Below are positions 37,157-47,350 of a stretch of DNA of 64,000 bases, one piece after another. The stretch's first letter is position 1. Each line of letters starts with the position of its first letter. The translations under genes were made by a program, and so were the position numbers. Where the stretch lies: IMG/VR virus record IMGVR_UViG_2862561106_000004, positions 4,451-68,450 of that record. The stretch is one strand, 5' to 3'. The notes under the pieces are model-generated. The model was not told where the DNA came from. It ran no database searches and saw only the letters and a program-made list of their open reading frames with translations. The DNA comes from a virus (lineage: Duplodnaviria; Caudoviricetes).

Positions 37157-37417
37157 ATGAGCGAAGGCAAGATCTACATCGCTCGGGAGACCTTCGCCAT
37201 CGGCGCACGTCGCATGATCCAGAAGGGCACCACGGTCCGCGAGGGCCACGAGCTACTGAAGACGCACGGCGGCCTCTTCGACGTCCTCAAGATCGACTAC
37301 GAGTACGAGGCGCCGAAGCAGGAGGTCCCGGCCCCCAGGCCCGAGCCCGCCCGCAAAACCGCCGCCCCGAAGCCGGTCGCGAAGGACACCCCAAAGGCCC
37401 TGCCCTCCAAGGAGTAA
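37157..37417 (+). CDS. Small hypothetical protein after capsid gene
   Basis: GAGGAG RBS. Confidence 0.65.
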   Translation: MSEGKIYIARETFAIGARRMIQKGTTVREGHELLKTHGGLFDVLKIDYEYEAPKQEVPAPRPEPARKTAAPKPVAKDTPKALPSKE

Positions 37418-37420
37418 GGC

Positions 37421-38026
37421 ATGGCCATAGGCGACCCGTACGTCACGCTGACCGAATTCAAGGAATACGCGAACATCAAGCCCGGCACGATCGGACTGGA
37501 CCTCACCGCGGAGATGGCTATCGAAGCCGCGAGCAGCGAGGTCGAGCGGATCTGCAACCGGCAGTTCAACAAGGCGACTTCGGCCACCGCCCGGGTCTAC
37601 CGGCCGGACCGGTCAGGCGTGGTCCACGTCGACGATTTCTACACCACCGACGGGCTGCTGGTGGAGGTCGCCACGGGGCCGACTACCTGGCAGGTCGTCC
37701 CCCTGGCCGACTACGAGGTAGGGCCCGCGAACGGCATTGTGGACGGGCAGCCCGGCTGGCCCTTCTACCGGCTCACCGGCCGCGCCCTGCTGCGCTACAG
37801 CCTCCGCCTGGCTTCCGTCCGCGTGACGGCCAAGTGGGGCTGGTCGGAGGTCCCCGGTCCCGTGAAGCAGGCGTGCCTGATCATCGCCTCTGAGGCGTTC
37901 AACATGAAGGACGCCCCCTTCGGGGTCGCCGGCATGGACATGTGGGGCCCGGTCCGTATCCGAGACAACCGCGTCGCGGCCAGCAAGCTCGCTCGCTACG
38001 CCCGACACAAGCTGCTGGTGGGCTGA
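37421..38026 (+). CDS. Head-tail connector (adaptor)
   Basis: YVTL.EFK, AAS..VE..CNRQF, WGW..VP..VKQA. Confidence 0.85.
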   Translation: MAIGDPYVTLTEFKEYANIKPGTIGLDLTAEMAIEAASSEVERICNRQFNKATSATARVYRPDRSGVVHVDDFYTTDGLLVEVATGPTTWQVVPLADYEVGPANGIVDGQPGWPFYRLTGRALLRYSLRLASVRVTAKWGWSEVPGPVKQACLIIASEAFNMKDAPFGVAGMDMWGPVRIRDNRVAASKLARYARHKLLVG

Positions 38027-38029
38027 TTG

Positions 38030-38458
38030 ATGGCCAGCCTTAGCGAGATACGCAAAGCCCTGGCGACCGTGATCCGGCAGAACGTAACCGTCGAGTTGCA
38101 GGACTACTCCGAAGTTCCGGACGTCCTGCGGCTCCCGGCCATCGTCGTGAAGCCGTCCACCGGAGACTTCACCGGCGCCTTCCAGCGCGGCCTGGACACG
38201 TGGGAGTTCGAGGTCTACGTCCTGGTCGCACGCCAGAACAGCCAGACACAGCAGGAGCTCCTGGACGAGTTCCTGACCGGCGCGGGGCCGAACAGCATTC
38301 GCCGCGTCGTCTACGAGAACCCCACGCTCGGACGTAGCGACGTCATCGACGCCATGGTCAAGCGAATGAGGGGCTACGGCGGGACGTTCCAGGCGGCGCA
38401 GGTGCAGCACACCGGCGCCATCCTCACCGTGACCGTTCATACGGACGGAAGCAACTAA
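38030..38458 (+). CDS. Tail terminator-like protein
   Basis: Position and size. Confidence 0.65.
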   Translation: MASLSEIRKALATVIRQNVTVELQDYSEVPDVLRLPAIVVKPSTGDFTGAFQRGLDTWEFEVYVLVARQNSQTQQELLDEFLTGAGPNSIRRVVYENPTLGRSDVIDAMVKRMRGYGGTFQAAQVQHTGAILTVTVHTDGSN

Positions 38459-38474
38459 GAAAGGTTGAGCCCCG

Positions 38475-38822
38475 ATGGCGGCACTCAGCACACACAACAT
38501 CGTCAACGCGGGAACGAAGCCGACCTTCGTTGCCGCCGCTGCATCCGACACCGCAGAGATCGGTAGCGGACACAACACGTTCGTCGTCTACCGGAACACC
38601 GACTCGAACGCGAAGACCGTCACCGTCACCGTGCCCGGCCAGACGGAGTACGGGCAGGCGTACACCTACGCCGGCCTCACTCTGGCCGCCACCACCGGGG
38701 AGCTCTGGATTCCCATGCGGAAGGCGTTCGACCCGGCAGACGGTTCGAGCCGCGCGACCCTGAACGTCGCCGGCACCGGCGGCGTCACCGGCGTCACCGT
38801 GGCTGTCGTGAGGATGAGCTGA
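38475..38822 (+). CDS. Virion structural protein
   Basis: Beta-rich, Thr/Ala-rich; RBS AAGG. Confidence 0.6.
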   Translation: MAALSTHNIVNAGTKPTFVAAAASDTAEIGSGHNTFVVYRNTDSNAKTVTVTVPGQTEYGQAYTYAGLTLAATTGELWIPMRKAFDPADGSSRATLNVAGTGGVTGVTVAVVRMS

Positions 38823-39223
38823 TGCACAAGCCTGCGATCCAGCCTCCGCGGCCCGAGAAGCCCGAGCCCGGTGTGCACGCATACAAGGTCGTCGGCCCGC
38901 ACGCGGTCGACGGCGTCCAGCCCGGCGACACCGTCGAGCTGGAGCTGACCGAGGAGCAGGAGCAGATCATGGTCGACGCCGGCCACCTGGAGCCCGTTCT
39001 GCCGGACTACCCCGACGGGGAGCCCCAGCCCGAGGAGTCCGGCCCGGAGGCCGAGGCCGCCGAGGACCAGGCCGACCCCGACGCCGACGCCCCCGACCCC
39101 GACACCAGGGGCCCTGAGGCGCCCGAGCCCGACCCCCAGGACGAGCCGGCACCCGGCGACCCTGCGGCCGGCGACGGCGCGGCCGACGTGATCAACGGCG
39201 ACGGAGCCGGCTCCGACAAGTAG
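38822..39223 (+). CDS. Acidic hypothetical protein
   Basis: YKVVGPHAVDGV.PG; D/E/P-rich tail. Confidence 0.6.
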   Translation: MHKPAIQPPRPEKPEPGVHAYKVVGPHAVDGVQPGDTVELELTEEQEQIMVDAGHLEPVLPDYPDGEPQPEESGPEAEAAEDQADPDADAPDPDTRGPEAPEPDPQDEPAPGDPAAGDGAADVINGDGAGSDK

Positions 39224-39239
39224 TCCCCGCACCACCTGA

Positions 39240-39273
39240 AAGCCCTCACGGGAAACCCGTGGGGGCTTTTTTC
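39240..39273 (+). terminator. Rho-independent terminator
   Basis: AGCCCTCACGG-GAAAC-CCGTGGGGGCT-TTTTT. Confidence 0.8.
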
Positions 39274-39340
39274 ATGCCCTTTTGCAGACACGTTTCTGCA
39301 CCGTGCGGCCGTTCCTGGCCGTTGTTAAGGAGAAAGCACA

Positions 39341-39757
39341 ATGGCCAAGCTCGTACTGCGAGACTGCTTCATCGAGGTGAACGGCGTCGACTTTTCGTCG
39401 CACGTTTCCTCGGTGACGGTGAACCTCGTCAAGGACGAAATCGACACCACAAACTTCGGCGGTGACGGCCGTGAGCGGGCCCACGGCCTGAAGGACGACA
39501 GCTTCGAGCTGAACTTCCAGCAGGACTTCGCGGCCGGCGAGGTCGACGCGACCCTGTACCCGCTGTGGAACCTGGAGACCGAGTTCCTGGTGAAGGTGCG
39601 CCCCCGCGCCAGCGCCAAGTCGGCCACCAACCCCGAGTACTCCGCGACCTGCATCCTGCTGGAGTACCAGCCCCTCGCAGGAGACGTCGGTGACCTCTCC
39701 GAGACCGAGGTGACCTTCCCGGCGCAGCGTCAGGGCATCGTCCGCGCCACGGCCTGA
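39341..39757 (+). CDS. Major tail protein
   Basis: Strong RBS; DFSSHVSSVT..DTTNFG..GLKD..FQQDF..NPEY. Confidence 0.8.
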   Translation: MAKLVLRDCFIEVNGVDFSSHVSSVTVNLVKDEIDTTNFGGDGRERAHGLKDDSFELNFQQDFAAGEVDATLYPLWNLETEFLVKVRPRASAKSATNPEYSATCILLEYQPLAGDVGDLSETEVTFPAQRQGIVRATA

Positions 39758-40236
39758 TGCCTCAGTACGTCATCGTCACCGGTCCCGAATTCCGGCGGGT
39801 GGAAGCGGCGTTGGCCAAGGTCGACGCCGCCTTCCCCGAGCGGTTTCGGGACCGGATCGAGAACCTGGCAGAGCCTCTGGCCGCCAAGGCGCGTGCGCGC
39901 GTACTGGCGCTGCCGACCCCCGGCAACGCGGGGCACACCGGCCTGCGCGCCCGTGTAGCCGAAGGCGTCGCCGTAAGAGTCAGCGGCCGTGCCGGCGTCC
40001 GCATCACCACGTCCATGAGCGAGCCCGACGAGCGGATTATCCCGCGCGGTCTCGACCGGAGGAGCGGCTGGCGTCACCCCCTTTTCGGTGACCGAGACCG
40101 GTGGTTTTCCAACCCCGGCTACTCCTGGTTCATGGACACCATGGACGACTCTCAAAACGAATTCGAGAACGGCCTCACTGAATTGATCGAAGACTCCGCC
40201 AGGGAAATAGCCGACGCCGGCGGATTCAGGCCGTAA
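39757..40236 (+). CDS. Neck/tail completion protein
   Basis: WRHPLFG motif; position. Confidence 0.6.
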   Translation: MPQYVIVTGPEFRRVEAALAKVDAAFPERFRDRIENLAEPLAAKARARVLALPTPGNAGHTGLRARVAEGVAVRVSGRAGVRITTSMSEPDERIIPRGLDRRSGWRHPLFGDRDRWFSNPGYSWFMDTMDDSQNEFENGLTELIEDSAREIADAGGFRP

Positions 40237-40242
40237 CAGACC

Positions 40243-40287
40243 GGAGCAGGCAGAGGTTCGCGGGTGCCTCTGCCTGCTCCTTTTCTT
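40243..40287 (+). terminator. Stem-loop terminator
   Basis: GGAGCAGGCAGAGG...CCTCTGCCTGCTCC-TTTT. Confidence 0.7.
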
Positions 40288-40322
40288 ACCCGCTGACCCG
40301 CAAAGAAAAGGAGTTACCCGCA

Positions 40323-40718
40323 ATGGGCTTTCTGACGAAGGAACAGATCTTCGCCGCCGACGACCTCCCCGTTGAGATCGTCCACGTCCCCGAGTGGGGT
40401 GGTGACGTCCGCCTCAAGATGCTCACCGCCGCCGAGCGCGACGCTTTCGAGGCGTCCACCGTCCAGATGCGCGGCGGAAAGCAGAAGCAGAACCTCGCCA
40501 ACCTGCGTGCCCGCCTGGTCGCCCTCTGCATCGTGGATGAGGAGGGCCGCCGGATATTCCAGTCCGGCGACGTCACCCGCCTCGGCAACAAGTCGGCCTC
40601 CGCGCTTCAGCGCCTCTTCGACAAGTGCAACGAGATGAACGCGCTGTCCGAGGACGACATCGAGGAGCTGACCGAGGGTTTCGAAGAGACCCCGGCCGAG
40701 GATTCAAGTTCCAGCTAG
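40323..40718 (+). CDS. Tail assembly chaperone (gpG-like)
   Basis: VPEWGG.V motif; upstream of tape measure. Confidence 0.85.
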   Translation: MGFLTKEQIFAADDLPVEIVHVPEWGGDVRLKMLTAAERDAFEASTVQMRGGKQKQNLANLRARLVALCIVDEEGRRIFQSGDVTRLGNKSASALQRLFDKCNEMNALSEDDIEELTEGFEETPAEDSSSS

Positions 40719-41056
40719 CCAAGGCCCTGGGCCAGCCCTGTGAGGAACTGCTCCGCCGCATGTCATCCCGCGAGTTCGCGGAATGGCAGGCGTGGCACAG
40801 AGCGACTGGGGCGCTCACCGATGAATGGCAAGCCGAACTGCTGGCCTCTCTTCATGAGTTGCTGCAATTCCAGGCTTACCTCACAGGGCAGGCCCACTTC
40901 ACCGACAAGCATCACAAGAAGGGCCCAGCGCCGAAGCCGGAGCATTACAAGCGCCGGTACGAATTGCTCGGCCCGCTTTCTCCTCTTGAAGAGGAGGACG
41001 AAGACGACGACTGGGTGACGCCGCCGTTTGGCGAGACAACTGAAGACGGGGAATAG
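40676..41056 (+). CDS. Tail assembly chaperone -1 frameshift extension (gpGT-like)
   Basis: Slippery G GGT TTC at 40676-40682; -1 frame reads LAKALG..ELL..MSSREFAEW. Confidence 0.75.
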   Translation, partial: GFRRDPGRGFKFQLAKALGQPCEELLRRMSSREFAEWQAWHRATGALTDEWQAELLASLHELLQFQAYLTGQAHFTDKHHKKGPAPKPEHYKRRYELLGPLSPLEEEDEDDDWVTPPFGETTEDGE

Positions 41057-41059
41057 TAA

Positions 41060-44000
41060 ATGGCCACGGTTACAAGCCTCGGCTTCAGCATCTTCAGCCG
41101 CTACGACGGTAACGGCGTCAGCCAGGCCCGACGAGACATCGCGGGATTCCGCAACGAGCTCGTCGCCGCCGACCGCTCCATAGTCAGCGCCACTCGCCGC
41201 TTCCAGGGCCTCCAGGTCGCGGCCGTCGCCATCGCCCCCGCGCTGCTCCCCGTCGCCACCGTGGCGGCGGCCAACGCGGGGGCCCTGGCCGCCATGGGAG
41301 TGTCGGCCGGCACCGCCCTCGGGGTGTTCGGCGCGGCCATGGGCGGCGCGATCAAGAACACCCTCAGCCTGCGGGACTCCGTCCAGCAGCTCAAGGCCAA
41401 CCTCGACCAGCAGCGGGCGACCCTGGCCACCCTGGAGCCGGGCACCGAGGCGTACGCCAAGCAGCTCCTCAAGGTCTTGCAGGCCCAGCAGGAGTACGAC
41501 GCCGCGCTGCGCAGGATGACTCCCGCACAGCGGGCCTTCCTCCAGTCGCTCGACGCACTCACGGCTTCCTGGCAGCGCTTCATCTCCCAAACTCAGAACC
41601 AGAGCTTGGGAGTTGCAACCACAGTCCTTGCGGCAATGGCGGTCGCGGTCGGCAAACTGAAGCCGCTCTTCGACGCCGTCGTGCCCAGCATGCAGGGCGT
41701 AGCCAACGCCATCGCCGCCTGGCTGAAGGGCGACGGCTTCGAGCGGTTCATCCAGGTCGTCATGACCCAGGGTGTCCCCTCACTGAATGCCCTGATCGCT
41801 GCCGGCCGCTCCATGGCCACGGTTCTCGGTGAGGCGTTCCGCGCCTTCGCCCCCCTGGGCACCGAGCTGGCCAACAGCCTGGCACGCGGGGCCGCGGAGC
41901 TGGCGAAGTGGTCCACCGAGGGTGGCTTCATCCGCTTCATCCGGGAGGCCCGCGCCCAGACGCCGGCCGTTCGCGAAATGCTCGACGCTCTGTGGGCCGC
42001 ATTCAAGAACATCCTCGCGGCCATGCAGCAGCTCGCGCCCGTTTCCATGACCCTGATCACGGTACTGGCGCAGATTGTCGCGGCCATACCTCCCGGGGTA
42101 ATCGCAGCCATCGCCCAGGCGTTCGTCGCTTGGCGCGTCGCCATTCTCGGCATGATGGTCATTCAGGGCGTGGCGGCTCTCTTTACCGCCTTCGTTCACG
42201 TCCTCAGTCTCCTGCGCGGCGCCGTCATGGTGGCCATCACCGTCTGGCGCGCATTCAACCTCGCTTTCATCGCAACGCCGATCGGCGCTGTCATTACGGC
42301 CATCGTCGCTCTGGTGGCCGCGTTCGTGATCCTCTGGAACAAGTGCGAGTGGTTTCGCGAGTTCTGGATCAACTGGTGGAACAACATCAAGCAGGAAGCC
42401 TCTACTGCTTGGCAGTGGATTCAGATGGCGTGGAACGCCGTCGGGTCCGCCATGGTCACCGCCTGGCAGGCCGTTTCCGGTGCCCTGGTCACCGCCTGGA
42501 ACGCCACATGGTCCGGCATCTCCACCGCCGTACAGGCCATCTGGACCGGCCTGACGACCGCCTGGAACGCCGTGGTCAACGGCTTCCAGGTCGTGTGGTC
42601 GGCTGTCGGCGGTGCCCTTTCCGCTGCCTGGTCCGCAGTCTGGGGAGCTATCCAGGTAGCGGCCACCGCCGTTTGGAACGCCCTCCAGACCGGATGGCAG
42701 GTGTTCGTCGGCACCCTCCAGACCATCTGGAGCGCCGTCGGCGGTGCCCTGTCCGCCGCCTGGTCGGCCGTCTGGAACGCGATCAGCGTCGCGGCCACGG
42801 CCATCTGGTCCGCCCTCCAAGCTGCGTGGTCCGCGTTCATCACCGGACTCCAGACCATCTGGAGTACGGTCTCCGGTGCCCTCTCTGCCGCCTGGTCGGC
42901 CGTCTGGAACGCGATCAGCGCGGCAGCGATGGCGGTGTGGAACGCCCTCCAGACCGCGTGGTCGGCTTTCATCACCGGCCTCCAGACCATTTGGAGCACG
43001 GTCTCCGGCGCCCTCTCCGCGACCTGGTCTGCGGTGTGGAACGCGATCAGCGCGGCGGCCACGACCATCTGGTCAGCCCTCCAGGCTGCCTGGTCCGCCT
43101 TCGTCTCCGCGCTTCAGACCGTCTTCTCCGCGGTCTCCGGCGCCCTCTCCGCGGCCTGGTCCGCGTTCTGGTCCGGAGTCCAGTCAGCCGCGCAGACCGT
43201 ATGGTCCGCCCTCCAGGCCGCCTGGCAGGCGTTCCTGTCGGCCCTTCAGTCGGCCTACCAGACGATCAGTTCGGCGCTTTCCGCCGCCTGGTCGGCCTTC
43301 TGGTCCGGGCTCCAGACGGCTGCACAAGCCGTATGGTCCGCAATCCAGACGGCTTGGTCTGCGGTGCTCACCGCGATGCAGACCGCATGGTCGGCCTTCA
43401 GCAGCGCGCTGACGGCCGCCTGGAACGCCTTCTGGACCGCCGTCCGGACGGCTGCGCAGGCAGTGTGGACTGCGCTTCAGACTGCCTGGAGCGCCTTCCT
43501 CACCGCGATACAGACGGCATATACGACGTTCAGCGCTGCGCTGACGGCGGCCTGGAACCTGTTCTGGAACGCCATTCGCACTGCTGCCCAGACCATATGG
43601 ACAGCGCTGCAAACGGCGTGGACAGCCTTCCTCAACCTCCTCCGAACCGCGTACAACACCTGGTCTGCCGCCCTCACGGCAGCCTGGAACGCCTTCTGGA
43701 CCGCTCTTCGCGCGGCAGCGCAGGCCATCTGGAATGCACTGTCCGCCTCGTGGCAGGCCCTTCTCAACCTGCTGCGGAACACGTATAACACGTGGTCGGC
43801 AGCCCTCAGAGCGGCCTGGCAGGCGTTCTGGACGGCGGTACGCACGGCGGCCCAGACCATCTGGAACGCCATGTCGGCGTCGTGGCAGGCACTCCTTACC
43901 GCGCTTCGCAACGCCTGGAACACCTTCAGCAGCGCTATCCGCACGGCGTGGAACGCCACGTGGAACGCCCTGCGAGACATCGCGCGAACGATCTGGAACC

Positions 44001-47000
44001 AGATCGGCGGAATTATCGAGCGTGCGATCAACGGTGTTATCGGGATCGTGAATGCCCTGATCAAGGGTTTCAACAACGTCACGTCGTTTCTCAGCATTGA
44101 CGTCAAGATCGGGGAAATCGGCACAGTCAACTTCCCCACCCTGGCAACGGGCGGCATCGTCACGTTCGCGTACGGCGGCATGACCGGCAAGCCGTGCCCG
44201 GAGATGCAGGGTTACGCCGCAGGCGGACCCGTCAACCTCCGCAAGGGCGGCACGCTACGCGGCTACGCGCCCGGCAAGGACACCGTGCCGGCGATCCTGT
44301 CCAAGGGCGAAGGCGTCCTCACTCCCGAGGCCGTCCGCGGCCTAGGCGGTCCCGGCTTCGTCAACGGCGCCAACCGCAAGTTCGCAGGGCACCGAGGAGC
44401 AGGTCGAGGCGCACCCAGTCTCGACAAGTTCGGCGTCCCGCACTTCGCGGTCGGCGGCATGACGTCGGCGGCCCTGGCGCGCGCCGGCGTACCCATGGGT
44501 CTGATCTCGCAGGGCGAGTACAGTCACGGCTCGCTGAGCGCCGGAACCCACGCCGGCGGCGGCGCGGTGGACATCTCGTCCACCAGCCCGGCCATGCTGG
44601 CTCGGCTCCACGCGGCAGGCTTCGCGGCCTGGATTCGTGGACCCGAGCACGGGATGTCCCCGCACATCCACGCGGTGCTCATGAACCACCCGGAGCTGTC
44701 CGGGCCGGCCCGCGCGCAGGTGGCCAGCTTCCGGGCTGGCGGCTCCGGCCTCGGCTCCGGAGGCGGCGGCGCCGGTGGCGGCGGCGGGATACCCAGCTTC
44801 CTCCAGAGCATCCTGAGCAAGGCCGGCGAGATCCTGAGCCGCGTCGCTCAGGGCCTCCCGCTCGGCTCACTGCTGGACGGCCTCAGCGGCCTGTTCGGCG
44901 GAGGAGGCGGCGGCGGAGGCTCCGAGGAGAAGGAAGACGGCGGCGGCCTGTTCGGCTCCGGCATCGGCCCAGACTTCGGGCCGGACATCACGCCGGGCAA
45001 GGACCTGGCCGACGCTGCCAGCAAGGTCATCGGCGGTGCCGCCAAGGTCGCCGGTGGCGTGGCCGGCGCCCTGCTTCCGGACCTCGGAAGCATCGGCAAG
45101 ATGCTGCTGGGCCTGATCCCGGACGACGCATTCGAGTTCGCCTTCAAGTGGGTGAAGGACCGCCTGTCCGGTTGGGGTAACCCTGCCGGCAACTTCGGCA
45201 AAATCCTGATCGCCATGGGCGAGAAAGTCATTAAGGGTGCTATCGATTTCCTGATCGGCAAGAACAAGGAAGCCGAAGCATCCGCTATGGCACAGTTCGC
45301 CTCCTTCTCCGTCGCAGGCGCCCAGTCGGTTCAATCCTGGGCTCCGTTGGCGAGGCAAGCGATGGTGATGGGTGGGCTGGACCCGAGCCAGCTCCCCGCG
45401 TTCCTCCAGCGCATGCAGATCGAGTCCACCGGTAACCCGAACGCCATCAACAACTGGGACATCAACGCCCGCAACGGCATTCCGTCTCAGGGCCTTATGC
45501 AGATCATTCCGCCCAATTTCCAGAAGTACCATGTCCCCGGCACGTCCAATAACATCTTGGACCCGCTGGCGAACATGGCAGCGGCGGCGGCCTACATCAA
45601 GGACAGGTACGGCGGGCGAGTCCCGACCGGCAAGGCATACGCCCTCGGAACCCCGGGCGCGCTGCCCGGCCCGGCACTCGTCGGTGAAAACGGACCCGAG
45701 ATCGTCAACATGCGTGGCGGCGACACCGTCACCCCGGCCAAGGACACTGCGCAGATCCTCAGCAACGCGGCAGCTCCGGCACTCCCGCCGGTGCCCGCCA
45801 CAGGTATGCCGCAGACCACACCGCTCCAGAGCCCGATCATCGACCAGCTCAAGGCCGCGCCCGAGGGCGAGGGCTGGTTCGGTGACATCATCGCCGCCGC
45901 TCAGCACATGCTGGCGACGGCTCAGACGGCCTGGAACGGAACCGTTCAGGCAGGCGTGACCGCTACCCCGGCCATCACGACCACCACAGACCTGGTGGGC
46001 AAGAAGGTCGGCGCGGACATACCCGCCAAGCTGGACCTGATGGCGGGCTCCTCGCAGGCCAACTGGTCAGCGATGAACGCCAGCGCCCTGACCAACTGGA
46101 ACGCGATGCTGGCCACCGTGTTCACCCCTGCCGAGCAGCACCAGGGCACCACGATGCCGCTGACCGCAACGCAGATGAACACGGCGTCCAACCTCGCCTG
46201 GACCAACATGAACGCCCAGTCGGCGGCCCAGTGGGTCCTGATGCGGGACTCGACCTTCACCGAGGCCGAACTGCACCAGGGAACCACCATGCCGACCATG
46301 GCGACGACGATGCAGACCGCGTCCGACACCGCCTGGACGACGATGAACGCGACGTCTGCCGAGCAGTGGACTGGAATCCGAGACGGCCAGGTCGTCCCGT
46401 TCGAGACCCACATGCAGACGACGATGCCGGAAGCCGCCACGGCGATGAACGAGGCGGTTGGCGCGGCCTTCACCGCCATGGTGGAGACCATCGTCGCCCA
46501 GCTCGACACGGCGATAGCCAAGATCGAGGAGTTCATCGCAGCGACCGAAGCGGCTATCGCTGCTGCGGAAGCTCTCGCGGCGGCCCAGGCCGCTGCCGCC
46601 TCCAGTGGCGCCGGCGGCTCCCTGGGCGCGGCGAACGGGAGTGCAGCGGCAGCCCTGTCGGCGGCCGGCATCTCCTCCGGGATGATCGTCCAGGGTCCGT
46701 ACAGCAACTCGGTGGCGGCTTCGGCCGGTACGCACTCCGGCGGCGGTGTCTATGACATCGCCGGCGGGCCCGAGCTGCTGCCTGCGCTGCACGCGGCCGG
46801 CTTCGCGGCCTGGTACCGCGACTGGCCGGGCAACCAGCACATCCACGCCGTCTACTCAGGCGCCAGCGACCTGTCTCCGCAGGCCCAGTGGCAGCTTGAC
46901 GACTTCCGGCGTGGCGGTGACGGTCTCGGCATTCCCGGCGGTCTCGCCAGCGGGACGTCCGGTGCAAGCCGCGGCTGGAGCTGGATCGGTGAGCGCGGTC

Positions 47001-47344
47001 CCGAGCTGATGAAGCTCAGGGGCGGCGAGCGGATCAAGTCCAACAAGTGGGCCCGCCGGTACACCGCAGGCGCTCAGCGGGGGACGGCTCGCCTGCTGGA
47101 TTCGTTCCGGCCGGCCGATTTCGCCTCCCGGTTCATGGACTCCGTCGATGTCTCTGTCTGCCGGACGGAGCGCAGCGACAGCCGGCCGATCCCGGTCGTG
47201 CGCAGCGACGGCGGAGAAACCACCATCACGATTCCGATCACGGTGCAAGGAAATCTCGACCACGAGGCAGTTCGTGAGATCGAGAACGAGGTCATTCCCA
47301 AGCTGCGCTCGCTCATGCAGCAGGGGGTGGGCAAGGGAAGGTAA
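41060..47344 (+). CDS. Tape measure protein with SLT transglycosylase and two Zn-peptidase-like domains
   Basis: Trp-periodic A/T/S repeats; ESTGNPNAIN..GLMQ; two H-x6-D...HIH domains; GExGPE motifs. Confidence 0.92.
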   Translation: MATVTSLGFSIFSRYDGNGVSQARRDIAGFRNELVAADRSIVSATRRFQGLQVAAVAIAPALLPVATVAAANAGALAAMGVSAGTALGVFGAAMGGAIKNTLSLRDSVQQLKANLDQQRATLATLEPGTEAYAKQLLKVLQAQQEYDAALRRMTPAQRAFLQSLDALTASWQRFISQTQNQSLGVATTVLAAMAVAVGKLKPLFDAVVPSMQGVANAIAAWLKGDGFERFIQVVMTQGVPSLNALIAAGRSMATVLGEAFRAFAPLGTELANSLARGAAELAKWSTEGGFIRFIREARAQTPAVREMLDALWAAFKNILAAMQQLAPVSMTLITVLAQIVAAIPPGVIAAIAQAFVAWRVAILGMMVIQGVAALFTAFVHVLSLLRGAVMVAITVWRAFNLAFIATPIGAVITAIVALVAAFVILWNKCEWFREFWINWWNNIKQEASTAWQWIQMAWNAVGSAMVTAWQAVSGALVTAWNATWSGISTAVQAIWTGLTTAWNAVVNGFQVVWSAVGGALSAAWSAVWGAIQVAATAVWNALQTGWQVFVGTLQTIWSAVGGALSAAWSAVWNAISVAATAIWSALQAAWSAFITGLQTIWSTVSGALSAAWSAVWNAISAAAMAVWNALQTAWSAFITGLQTIWSTVSGALSATWSAVWNAISAAATTIWSALQAAWSAFVSALQTVFSAVSGALSAAWSAFWSGVQSAAQTVWSALQAAWQAFLSALQSAYQTISSALSAAWSAFWSGLQTAAQAVWSAIQTAWSAVLTAMQTAWSAFSSALTAAWNAFWTAVRTAAQAVWTALQTAWSAFLTAIQTAYTTFSAALTAAWNLFWNAIRTAAQTIWTALQTAWTAFLNLLRTAYNTWSAALTAAWNAFWTALRAAAQAIWNALSASWQALLNLLRNTYNTWSAALRAAWQAFWTAVRTAAQTIWNAMSASWQALLTALRNAWNTFSSAIRTAWNATWNALRDIARTIWNQIGGIIERAINGVIGIVNALIKGFNNVTSFLSIDVKIGEIGTVNFPTLATGGIVTFAYGGMTGKPCPEMQGYAAGGPVNLRKGGTLRGYAPGKDTVPAILSKGEGVLTPEAVRGLGGPGFVNGANRKFAGHRGAGRGAPSLDKFGVPHFAVGGMTSAALARAGVPMGLISQGEYSHGSLSAGTHAGGGAVDISSTSPAMLARLHAAGFAAWIRGPEHGMSPHIHAVLMNHPELSGPARAQVASFRAGGSGLGSGGGGAGGGGGIPSFLQSILSKAGEILSRVAQGLPLGSLLDGLSGLFGGGGGGGGSEEKEDGGGLFGSGIGPDFGPDITPGKDLADAASKVIGGAAKVAGGVAGALLPDLGSIGKMLLGLIPDDAFEFAFKWVKDRLSGWGNPAGNFGKILIAMGEKVIKGAIDFLIGKNKEAEASAMAQFASFSVAGAQSVQSWAPLARQAMVMGGLDPSQLPAFLQRMQIESTGNPNAINNWDINARNGIPSQGLMQIIPPNFQKYHVPGTSNNILDPLANMAAAAAYIKDRYGGRVPTGKAYALGTPGALPGPALVGENGPEIVNMRGGDTVTPAKDTAQILSNAAAPALPPVPATGMPQTTPLQSPIIDQLKAAPEGEGWFGDIIAAAQHMLATAQTAWNGTVQAGVTATPAITTTTDLVGKKVGADIPAKLDLMAGSSQANWSAMNASALTNWNAMLATVFTPAEQHQGTTMPLTATQMNTASNLAWTNMNAQSAAQWVLMRDSTFTEAELHQGTTMPTMATTMQTASDTAWTTMNATSAEQWTGIRDGQVVPFETHMQTTMPEAATAMNEAVGAAFTAMVETIVAQLDTAIAKIEEFIAATEAAIAAAEALAAAQAAAASSGAGGSLGAANGSAAAALSAAGISSGMIVQGPYSNSVAASAGTHSGGGVYDIAGGPELLPALHAAGFAAWYRDWPGNQHIHAVYSGASDLSPQAQWQLDDFRRGGDGLGIPGGLASGTSGASRGWSWIGERGPELMKLRGGERIKSNKWARRYTAGAQRGTARLLDSFRPADFASRFMDSVDVSVCRTERSDSRPIPVVRSDGGETTITIPITVQGNLDHEAVREIENEVIPKLRSLMQQGVGKGR

Positions 47345-47350
47345 AGGGCC

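Noticed and set aside
34750-37170. Long antisense ORFs (for example 806 aa here, also 28312-30057 and 55602-57269)
   Set aside because: Shadow frames of high-GC genes with clear + strand homology
42420-44000. Degenerate tandem repeats as a DGR or repeat array
   Set aside because: Ordinary Trp-periodic tape measure repeats; no reverse transcriptase in the window
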